Shown piece after piece: positions 22,319-30,646 of a DNA stretch of 44,815 bases. This stretch comes from a virus. The stretch spans positions 1-44,815 of IMG/VR virus record IMGVR_UViG_3300045988_148821. One strand, given 5' to 3'. The position numbers and the translations under genes were made by a program. The stretch's first letter is position 1; each line of letters begins with the position of its first letter. Under the pieces are notes generated by a model. The model was given only the letters and a program-made list of their open reading frames with translations, searched no databases and was not told the origin of the DNA.

Positions 22319-23036
22319 AAACGCACCGGGTCAAAATTCAAACAACCCCGCCGCTGCAGCCGCACAGCCGGACGCAGCACCTGCCGCGGCTCCCCAGGAT
22401 CAGCCCCCGGCCACTCCGCCGGCCACGGATCCGAAGGCGCCGGACTCTCAGCCTGCCGCTAACGCCGGCGAAGGTGACCAGAAACCCGCAGAGGATCAGG
22501 ACGGCCTTTTAAAGGGCACGGATCCCCAGAAGCCCGAAGGGGAAGAAGGCAAGGAGGGCGATGAAGAAAAGCCGTCCGTGTTGGGCGCTCCCGAGGAGGG
22601 CTATCAGTTTGAAGGCTTCAACCCGGCTGACGCCGGCGTGCAGGCTTTCAGCGAAGTTGCCAAGGAGCTCGACCTGTCCCAGGACAGTGCAAACAAGCTC
22701 ATGGCGCAGACGATGGCCGGGATTCAGGCACAGCTTGCCAAACAGCGCGCAGAGCTTCGGCAGCAAGCCTTGTCGGACAAGGAACTCGGATTTACGGATC
22801 CGGCAGTCGTGAACCGAACCAACGCGGTTTTCGGTAAGTACTTCGCCGGCAAGCCTCAGCTGATGGCAAAGATTCGCGCCTTCAATCTGGACGTGGATCC
22901 GGACTTCATCGGAGTCATGAAGCAGTTGGGGGCCGATATGTCCGAAGGGACGTTCGTGCAAGGCAAGAAGGGCGCCGTGGATACAGGCGTCGAAGACTAT
23001 CGAAAGTTATATCCGAATACTCGTATGAACTACTAA
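22308..23036 (+). CDS. Putative scaffolding protein
   Basis: Ala/Pro/acidic low-complexity N-terminus and helical C-terminus, positioned between the portal and capsid genes. Confidence 0.55.
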   Translation: MAIENAPGQNSNNPAAAAAQPDAAPAAAPQDQPPATPPATDPKAPDSQPAANAGEGDQKPAEDQDGLLKGTDPQKPEGEEGKEGDEEKPSVLGAPEEGYQFEGFNPADAGVQAFSEVAKELDLSQDSANKLMAQTMAGIQAQLAKQRAELRQQALSDKELGFTDPAVVNRTNAVFGKYFAGKPQLMAKIRAFNLDVDPDFIGVMKQLGADMSEGTFVQGKKGAVDTGVEDYRKLYPNTRMNY

Positions 23037-23046
23037 GGAGACGCGA

Positions 23047-24033
23047 ATGTCTTATGGTTCTGGAACTTTACTTGACCTGAGCCGGCTCTCGAACAAGGTG
23101 CCGGCCTCGGTCATTCACACGATCATCAACGCCCAGCCGTTGCTTGACCAGATGTGCTTCACACCGAGCAACGACGGGGTGAATAACCGTTCGTCAGTGA
23201 TTACTGACTATCCGGAAGGGCAGTTCCGCCGCTTCAATCAGGGTACCAAGCCTGAGAAGGCCGGTGGCATCACGCAGGTTGATCCGACCTGCATGCTTAA
23301 TACCTGGTCGAAGATTGACGCCAAGGAACTGAAACTGAATGGGGGTTCGGCAGAATGGCGCTACAACCAGGAAAAGCCGTTCCAACGCGGTATCGCGAGC
23401 AAGGTGGCACGCACGATTTTCTGTGGGTCTCTCAAGTCTGACCCGGACAGTATTAACGGCCTTCGTACTCGCTATGGCAAGACGGGTGCCGGTTATGAAG
23501 ATGTGGTAATCAATGCCGGCGGTGAAGCGTCCGCGTCCAAGGGATTGACGGACATTTTCATCGTGAACTGGGACAGAACGTTGGTTCACGCTATCTATCC
23601 TAAGGAAGGGGTGGGCGGTCTGCAGATGACGGATCGAGGGGAACAGGATGCCTACGATGACCAGGGACGCCGCTTCCGTGCCGTGATTACGGACTACGAC
23701 TGGGATCTTGGTCTCGCCGTCGAAGACCGTCGACAGGTAGTGCGTATTGCCAACATCGACGTTGCTTCTCTTACGGCGGATGCTTCCGGCAGTTTGGACT
23801 TGGTCGATATGTTGATTGATGCGGTCGAAATGTTCCCGGAATCGCTTGGGGCAGGTGCCGCCATGTACATGACTGCCCCGCTCCGCGCCATGCTTCGCAA
23901 GCAGATTCGCCATTGCAAAAACGTCAATCTGGACTGGGAAACAGTGGCTGGCCGCAAGGTGGTCAGCTGGGACGGCATTCCGGTTCACAAGTTGCCGACT
24001 TCCATTCTTCCGAACTACGCCAAGCCCATCTAA
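23047..24033 (+). CDS. Major capsid protein
   Basis: 328 aa, strong SD (AAGGAG), canonical position; fold not verifiable by eye. Confidence 0.75.
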   Translation: MSYGSGTLLDLSRLSNKVPASVIHTIINAQPLLDQMCFTPSNDGVNNRSSVITDYPEGQFRRFNQGTKPEKAGGITQVDPTCMLNTWSKIDAKELKLNGGSAEWRYNQEKPFQRGIASKVARTIFCGSLKSDPDSINGLRTRYGKTGAGYEDVVINAGGEASASKGLTDIFIVNWDRTLVHAIYPKEGVGGLQMTDRGEQDAYDDQGRRFRAVITDYDWDLGLAVEDRRQVVRIANIDVASLTADASGSLDLVDMLIDAVEMFPESLGAGAAMYMTAPLRAMLRKQIRHCKNVNLDWETVAGRKVVSWDGIPVHKLPTSILPNYAKPI

Positions 24034-24047
24034 GAGGAGATTGAAAA

Positions 24048-24464
24048 ATGCTTTTTGATAATGATCTCATGTTCTCGGACGGGCAGACCTTCTCGGCCAC
24101 GGCCTCCGGAACGAAAGTGATTGACTGCGGCCAGGCCATCCTTACCACCGGCATCAACGGTGTTATTGATCTTTATGTCCTGGCTATTGTGACGACGGAC
24201 TTCACCGGCACTGGCACGATTAAGGTTGAGCTGCAGGACTGTGATACTGAAAACGGCACGTTTACTACGGTGGCTTCAGCACCGGCCGTGGTGGCGACGA
24301 AGTTCGCGAAGGCCGTTATCCCGATGCCGCTTGAGCATCGCCGCTACCTGAAGCTCACCTACACCGTGGACGGTACGGTGACCGCCGGCAAGGTGACGGC
24401 AGGTATCACGACGAGCCTCGAATCGCATCAGCTCTTTCACGCGGAAGACTATTCCTTCCAGTGA
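24048..24464 (+). CDS. Putative capsid decoration/cement protein
   Basis: 138 aa, beta-rich composition, directly after the capsid gene and followed by a strong terminator. Confidence 0.4.
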   Translation: MLFDNDLMFSDGQTFSATASGTKVIDCGQAILTTGINGVIDLYVLAIVTTDFTGTGTIKVELQDCDTENGTFTTVASAPAVVATKFAKAVIPMPLEHRRYLKLTYTVDGTVTAGKVTAGITTSLESHQLFHAEDYSFQ

Positions 24465-24488
24465 TAGACCGCTCGTCATGAGCAACCG

Positions 24489-24514
24489 CAGGGGCCTCGT
24501 GCCCCTGTTTTCGT
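24489..24514 (+). terminator. Rho-independent terminator after the capsid/decoration genes
   Basis: CAGGGGC-ctcgt-GCCCCTG followed by TTTTCGT. Confidence 0.8.
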
Positions 24515-24526
24515 ATGGAGATTTAA

Positions 24527-25147
24527 ATGGCGACTGAAGTAGATATTTGCAACACCGCCTTGTCGCTCCTGGGGTGCCGTGCGGACATAGCCAGTATCTC
24601 ACCGGTGGAGGGCGGCCGCTTTGCGGAGGTGTGCGCCCGAGAGTATCCGATTGCCCGGAACTTGGTGCTTGAGGCTCACGACTGGAGCTTTGCGTGCCGG
24701 CGGGCCAACTTAGCCGTTTTGCGCACCGACCTCTTCGGGTGGCAGTTCGGGTATGTTCGGCCGGCGGATGCCGTGAGCATTGTGGCCGTCGTTCCGGAAG
24801 ATGACAGATACTTTGAACACCCGCACGAATTCATTGTGGAGGCCGACCAGGAATCCGGGGTGAGCCTCATCCTCACAGATCTTCCGGGGGCCGTCTGTCG
24901 CTATCTGGCCCGCGTCACAAACACGTCACTCTTTCCGGAACAGTTCTGCCAGGCCGTGGCGTTCAAACTCGCGATGCGCCTTTCCGGAAACATCATCAAG
25001 GGGACGCCGGGGCAGCAGGTGGCGGTGAACCTTGAGAAGCAGTATCAGACGATTTTGGCGTCAGCCATTCATTTCGACATGAAGCAGCGCCGCAAAGATT
25101 TAGATCTCCGCGCGACGTGGTCTAAGAAGCGGGGGTTAAGAGTATGA
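24527..25147 (+). CDS. Head-tail adaptor / tail tubular protein A-like
   Basis: N-terminus EVDICNTALSLLGCRADIASISPVEGGRFAEVCAREYPIARNLVLEAHDWSFA matches the gp11-like adaptor pattern. Confidence 0.7.
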   Translation: MATEVDICNTALSLLGCRADIASISPVEGGRFAEVCAREYPIARNLVLEAHDWSFACRRANLAVLRTDLFGWQFGYVRPADAVSIVAVVPEDDRYFEHPHEFIVEADQESGVSLILTDLPGAVCRYLARVTNTSLFPEQFCQAVAFKLAMRLSGNIIKGTPGQQVAVNLEKQYQTILASAIHFDMKQRRKDLDLRATWSKKRGLRV

Positions 25148-27825
25148 CCGTAGTTACCCAAAAGAGTTTCGCCGGCGGCATCATGGGCCCGATGATGTTG
25201 GGCCGCAGCGATGACCCCAAGTATCAGGCCGGCCTGAAGGTGTGCCGGAACTTTATCTGCCTGCCCCAGGGGGCCGTCCAGAACCGCCCGGGGTTTGCGT
25301 ATGTGGCTGAGGCCAAGTATCCGGACAAGCGGGTGCGGCTGATTCCGTTCACGTTCTCCCGAGACCAGACGATGATCCTGGAGTTCGGCCACAAGTATGT
25401 CCGGTTCCACACCAACGGGAAGACGCTGCAGAACGATGACGGCACGCCCTATGAGATTGCGTCCCCGTACGACGCAGACGACGTCATGAAGCTGCATTAC
25501 ATCCAGTCGGCCGATATTCTGACGTTGGTGCACCACAGCTACCCACCAGCAGAGCTGAAGCGCTATAGCGTCCAGGATTGGCGATTCGAGACGATCAGTT
25601 TTAACCCGACGTTGGCGGCCCCGAAGAACGTGAAGGCGGTGAAGGCCACAACAGCCGAGAATGAAATCAACGCCGACAAGTACACCTTCAAGTACTGCGT
25701 GACGTCCCTCAACGCCGACCGCACGATTCAGTCAGAACGCAGCGCTATCGCCTGGTGCACGGCCAACATATACAACACCGGAACGACGATCAAGATTTCG
25801 TGGGATAAGGTGGACGGGGCGCAGTTCTACCGGGTATACCGCAACGAAGGCGGCGTCTACTCCTACATCGGCGAGACTGAAGAACTGGAAATCATTGATG
25901 ACAACATCGCTCCGGACAGCGAGTACACGCCGCCACGTATTGATGATCTTTTCCACGCGGCCAACGGTATTTCAGCGGTGACGGTGACCAACAGTGGTAG
26001 CGGGTATTCGGATGTTGTGAACGGAGTGAAATCATTAACGAGCGTTGATAAATCTTTTCTTGGCAACATTGGCAGCGGGATAGAGCCGACGTTTACGGTA
26101 AAAGTGCAAATAGTTGATGACGGAAATTCTGGATCTGGAGCCAAAGCGACCGCGGAATTCACGTCAGATGTAGGCCCAGACAGATGGTCTGAGGATGGCT
26201 ACAGACCAACGCGGTACGGCTACACGGTGACGGTTACGTCTATCAAGGTGACCAATCCCGGAAAGAATTACCTGAAACCGAGAGCTAAATTGACGCTTTA
26301 TGCCCACCACACGACCACTGGGCAAGGATTGGCCAGCGGTCGAGAAGTGGACTCAAAATTAAGCACCAAGACGGTCACCATGCCCCGTCAGAACTTGGCA
26401 GCCACGGCCTACGTTACCGATAAGACGGGGCGTGGGGCAGAGCTGCAGCCCGTGATTGTCGGTGGCAAGATTACCGAAATTAAGGTGGTGAAGAGCGGGG
26501 AGAACTATACGGAGCCCAAAGTGGTGATTAAGGCCTCTATCGGTTCTGGGGCGACTGCCACAGCAACGGTGGCAAAGGCGGCCGACTATCCCCAGTGCGT
26601 GACGTACTTTGAACAGCGTCGGGTATTCGCCGCTACGCCGACGCAGCCGCAGGGTATTTGGATGACGCGCACGGGCACGGGGAATGACTTCACGTATTCC
26701 ATTCCCGTGCGTCCGGATGATCGAGTGTCCTTCAAGATTGCCAGTCGTGAACGCCACGAGATTTTCCATTTGGTGCCGCTCAATCGTCTGATAGTCCTTA
26801 CGGAGGCGGGCGAATGGGTGGTGACGTCCGTCAATTCTGACGCCATCACGCCCGAGTCGGTGCAACTCAAAAGCCAGTCTTTTGTCGGCGCCAACATGGT
26901 TCAGCCGTTGATTGTGAACAATACTGTGCTCTATGCGTCCGCGCGTGGTGGGCATATCCGGGAACTGGGCTACAACTACAACGCCGGCGGCTATGTGACG
27001 GGCGACGTGAGTATCCGGGCTGCGCACCTTTTCGACAGCTATGAGGTGCTGGACGGGGCATTCGCTAAGGCACCGTACCCGATTGGGTGGTTCGTTAGCT
27101 CTTCCGGAAAGTTGCTGGGGTTCACATACGTCCCGGATCAGCAGATCGGGGCTTGGCACGAACACACGACGGACGGGATTTTTGAGTCCGTTGCAGCCGT
27201 GGCCGAAAACAAGATTGACGCCATTTATTGTGTGGTGCAGCGTGAGGTCAAAGGCGAGGTGCGCCGTTTTATCGAACGCATGGGCGAACGGGAACACGAC
27301 GATGATGCGGACGCCTTCTTTGTGGACTGCGGCGGAACGTATTCCGGAGAGCCGACGGACACGGTGACGGGACTCACGTGGCTCGAAGGAAAGACCGTCA
27401 ACATCTTGGCCGACGGGGCCGAGATGCCGCAGCAAGTGGTGAAGGACGGGACGATTAAGCTCGACGTTGAGGCGCGAACGATTCACGTCGGCCTGCCGAT
27501 TGATGCCGAGATTTGCACGTTGCCGGTGACAATTCCCATGAAGGACGGCTCCGACGGCGGTTCGGTCACCAAGAATGTCAACTCAGTGTTCATGCGCGTG
27601 TACCGGTCGAGCGGCATCTTTATTGGCCCGGAAGATGGTGAAGACGTTGAGTTCCGGCAGCGCACCACGGAAGACCCCGGCAGTCCTCCGGATCCGGTGA
27701 CGGGCGGCGTGGACATTGACCTGCAGCCCGAATGGAGTGATTCCGGAGCGGTGTCCGTCAAGCAGAAGTCGCCGCTGCCCCTGACCATTCTCAGCATCGC
27801 CGCCAATATGCAGCTCGGCGGGTAG
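25144..27825 (+). CDS. Tail nozzle / tail tubular protein B-like (893 aa) with a three-repeat insertion
   Basis: N-terminus QKSFAGGIMGPMMLGRSDDPKYQAGLKVCRNFICLPQGAVQNRPGF is typical of podovirus nozzle proteins. ATGA-coupled to the adaptor gene. Confidence 0.7.
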   Translation: MTVVTQKSFAGGIMGPMMLGRSDDPKYQAGLKVCRNFICLPQGAVQNRPGFAYVAEAKYPDKRVRLIPFTFSRDQTMILEFGHKYVRFHTNGKTLQNDDGTPYEIASPYDADDVMKLHYIQSADILTLVHHSYPPAELKRYSVQDWRFETISFNPTLAAPKNVKAVKATTAENEINADKYTFKYCVTSLNADRTIQSERSAIAWCTANIYNTGTTIKISWDKVDGAQFYRVYRNEGGVYSYIGETEELEIIDDNIAPDSEYTPPRIDDLFHAANGISAVTVTNSGSGYSDVVNGVKSLTSVDKSFLGNIGSGIEPTFTVKVQIVDDGNSGSGAKATAEFTSDVGPDRWSEDGYRPTRYGYTVTVTSIKVTNPGKNYLKPRAKLTLYAHHTTTGQGLASGREVDSKLSTKTVTMPRQNLAATAYVTDKTGRGAELQPVIVGGKITEIKVVKSGENYTEPKVVIKASIGSGATATATVAKAADYPQCVTYFEQRRVFAATPTQPQGIWMTRTGTGNDFTYSIPVRPDDRVSFKIASRERHEIFHLVPLNRLIVLTEAGEWVVTSVNSDAITPESVQLKSQSFVGANMVQPLIVNNTVLYASARGGHIRELGYNYNAGGYVTGDVSIRAAHLFDSYEVLDGAFAKAPYPIGWFVSSSGKLLGFTYVPDQQIGAWHEHTTDGIFESVAAVAENKIDAIYCVVQREVKGEVRRFIERMGEREHDDDADAFFVDCGGTYSGEPTDTVTGLTWLEGKTVNILADGAEMPQQVVKDGTIKLDVEARTIHVGLPIDAEICTLPVTIPMKDGSDGGSVTKNVNSVFMRVYRSSGIFIGPEDGEDVEFRQRTTEDPGSPPDPVTGGVDIDLQPEWSDSGAVSVKQKSPLPLTILSIAANMQLGG

Positions 27826-27865
27826 TGCAGTTGTTGGCCCCTGTGGCGTTGTGAAATGCCGGCAT
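27823..27865 (+). promoter_or_regulatory. Late bipartite element copy 4
   Basis: TAG(nozzle stop)-TGCAGTTGTTG (27826-27836), 19-nt spacer, ATGCCGGCAT (27856-27865). Confidence 0.6.
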
Positions 27866-27881
27866 TACCACGGGGGCAACA

Positions 27882-28481
27882 ATGGCCGGAGAATCCACAG
27901 GCTTGACGACCGTCCAGACCGCGGGGCTTTGGGGCACCGCGATTCAGGCCGTCGGCAGCATTTTTACCAGTTATCAGGCGTCACGCTCAGCGACGGAACT
28001 GTCGCGGATCCAGCAGCGTATCGCCGAGATCAATCAGCAGCGGGCGACGATTCAGGCGCAGGCAGCGCTTGCCGCCTCGAACCGCAACATCGCCAACATC
28101 ACGGGCCAGTACGGGCGCTTAAAGAGTAAGCAGCGCGTCGCCATGGCCGCCAACGGTATCGCCATAGGTTACGGATCCAGCAAGGAGATTTTGGCGACGA
28201 CCGACCTCTATAAGCAGCAGGACGCCAACACGGCCTATGCCAACGGACTCAATGCGGCTATGGGCTACATGAGCAAGGCGACGGCCCAGTATCAGGCGAG
28301 TATCGCTGCAGGCGGCAACAAGTCCAATTCCGGCCTGGTGGCGGCCGACAGTCTGCTTACCGGCATCACGAAGGTGGCCGGCTACTACGTGGATCAGGCG
28401 TCCCGCAACGCGCCGGCAGAGAACGCCGGCGGATCCACGAAGGATGCAGCGACCAACGAATATCCCCCGACCTGGGTTTAG
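27882..28481 (+). CDS. Internal virion protein (199 aa)
   Basis: Hydrophobic N-terminus (GLWGTAIQAVGSIFTS), Gln/Ala-rich helical body, located between the nozzle and large ejection proteins. Confidence 0.55.
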   Translation: MAGESTGLTTVQTAGLWGTAIQAVGSIFTSYQASRSATELSRIQQRIAEINQQRATIQAQAALAASNRNIANITGQYGRLKSKQRVAMAANGIAIGYGSSKEILATTDLYKQQDANTAYANGLNAAMGYMSKATAQYQASIAAGGNKSNSGLVAADSLLTGITKVAGYYVDQASRNAPAENAGGSTKDAATNEYPPTWV

Positions 28482-28496
28482 TGAGGAGTGTGACAG

Positions 28497-30635
28497 ATGG
28501 CAATTGTTCCGATGCCCGATGGGCCGCGGGTCAACCCGACCGTGCCGCAGGGAGAATCTGCAGGGCTTTTGAAGACCGGCGGCGACGCAGTGGCTAAGAA
28601 GGCGGCCGCGCAGGCTATGGAGGCTTCAAACGAATTTCTGAAGGCAACCAACGACGCCTACGAACGGATGTCCAAGGCCCGCGCTGATGCGGCCATGAAC
28701 GACATTCAGATCCAGGTGAACGACCTCATGAACGGTGAGGGTGGGGCCTTACGGCAGACCGGCACCGATGTTGTGGAGCGCCAGGACGGCCCGTTTGTGA
28801 AGTACTACGACGATCAGATCAGCAAAATCATCGGTGACCGAATCCAGAACTTAGACCAGCACCAGCGCGGCTTGTTGACGGATCGACTGAAGCGTTACCG
28901 CGCCGACCGTCAGCTGGAGCTTACGAACCACATGGTGAAGGAGGCGGACGCCTATCAGAAGGAAACGGCCAAGACGTCCGGATCCATAGCAGCCGAAACG
29001 ATTACGGTCAACCCGTCTGATATTCGCAGTGTCGAAGAGAATGCCAAGACGTACGCCGATTCTTACCGCACGATTCACCGCGGGGAGCCGGAAGAGTCGA
29101 TTAAGAAGGGCATTGCCGACGGCGTGAGCGGTGCCATTGTGGACGGCATCAAGACCCTTTTGGCGAACGATAACCCGGAACAAGCGCAGGCCGTACTACG
29201 GCATTACCGCGGCGGCAAGCTCACGGCCTACGATGTTCTGAAGGTGCAGCCGTTGATCCGTGACGCCCTGCAGAAGAAGGCAGCGGCTGCAGCAGCGGCG
29301 CAAGCGGCCGCGCAGACGGTGAACTCCCTGACGCCGGAGTCTGTCGCCAAGTCTCGCCTGGCGCCGGCCACGGGGAAGGACTTTGACCCAAAGGAATTCG
29401 GTAAAACGACGAACATCGTCTCTGATGCCGGCCGTCCGGAATGGGCGCCGGCGGCGTATCTGCTTGGGGCGGATAAGGCGAAGGAAATCGTGGATAACTG
29501 GACGCGGGAGGTTTTCGACGCCCAGGAACGAGGGGATCAGGCCGCCGTCGCCAAGCTGCAGCAGCAAAACCCGCTGGAAGCGGCCTTGAACCCGCAGCAG
29601 AAAGTCGCCTTGTCCCGGTACCGCAACACGATTGAGGCCGTTCGTTCCGGAGACAAGGACACGATCCGCACACAGGTGATTGAGGCCAATCCTGACCTGG
29701 ATCCGGCGACGGTCGAAAAAGTGACGAAGACCATCTTTGAGCAGCGGCAGTATGCAAACCGCGTGGAGCGAGAGGAGCGCAACCAGCGGGCGGCTCAGGT
29801 GTTCACCAACCTTCACGCCGGCACGGATATTGAGGACATACCCGCGGCGCAGATGGAAGGTCTGTCAGATCCCCAGAAAGCCGGTATGGCGGAGTATTCC
29901 CGCCGGCGCCGGCTTAACAGTTTCACGACGGACAGTGCCCTTTACTACAGCCTCGCCTACGACAACGAAAAGCTGAAAAACACCGAATGGGCCGACCTTT
30001 ACGCCATGGCCGGCAGCTTTACGCCGGCGGACTTCGACACGTTGGCCAATCGGAAGGTGATGCTCGAGCAGGGAGCCGACACGAAGGACAACTCAGCCAC
30101 GGTGATTAAGTCCGTTGAGGATGCCTTAGAGCGTCAGGGACTGAAGCCCGACGGCAAGACCGACAAGGCTTTTTACTCCCGAATCTCCCGCGCCATCGCA
30201 GACCGGGTGATTGACAAGGTGAACGCAGACTTCGGAAAGGGATGGGACGATGAACGGATTCGTAAGGAAGTGGTGGCCGCGGTTCAGACGCAATTCACCA
30301 CCATCGGCACGCTTTGGAATTCGGACTACAAGGTGGCCGATTTCCTCAGCAAGGAGTCGTTTTGGAATGACAAGGGTGTGCGGGACATGGCCGACGCCGC
30401 GCTTAAAGCAACCGGTTATCCGGATCCGAATGACTTGGATCGTTCGGAATTTCTGATTACGTGCTTTCTCAATCCCCGGCGGCCGTTTCCGGGTGAAGCC
30501 CAGTTCATCAATAAGGCGCCTATCACCGAAGTACAGCAGATACGCCAAGCCTATCAGGCGGCGCACAACGGCGCCGAACCGGATCAACACACGATTGCGC
30601 GCGCTCTTTTGAACGCTCGCCTTGTCCGTAAATAA
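28497..30635 (+). CDS. Internal virion / ejection protein (712 aa)
   Basis: Large helical protein in the internal-core position of podoviruses. Confidence 0.55.
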   Translation: MAIVPMPDGPRVNPTVPQGESAGLLKTGGDAVAKKAAAQAMEASNEFLKATNDAYERMSKARADAAMNDIQIQVNDLMNGEGGALRQTGTDVVERQDGPFVKYYDDQISKIIGDRIQNLDQHQRGLLTDRLKRYRADRQLELTNHMVKEADAYQKETAKTSGSIAAETITVNPSDIRSVEENAKTYADSYRTIHRGEPEESIKKGIADGVSGAIVDGIKTLLANDNPEQAQAVLRHYRGGKLTAYDVLKVQPLIRDALQKKAAAAAAAQAAAQTVNSLTPESVAKSRLAPATGKDFDPKEFGKTTNIVSDAGRPEWAPAAYLLGADKAKEIVDNWTREVFDAQERGDQAAVAKLQQQNPLEAALNPQQKVALSRYRNTIEAVRSGDKDTIRTQVIEANPDLDPATVEKVTKTIFEQRQYANRVEREERNQRAAQVFTNLHAGTDIEDIPAAQMEGLSDPQKAGMAEYSRRRRLNSFTTDSALYYSLAYDNEKLKNTEWADLYAMAGSFTPADFDTLANRKVMLEQGADTKDNSATVIKSVEDALERQGLKPDGKTDKAFYSRISRAIADRVIDKVNADFGKGWDDERIRKEVVAAVQTQFTTIGTLWNSDYKVADFLSKESFWNDKGVRDMADAALKATGYPDPNDLDRSEFLITCFLNPRRPFPGEAQFINKAPITEVQQIRQAYQAAHNGAEPDQHTIARALLNARLVRK

Positions 30636-30646
30636 CCGAGAAAACT

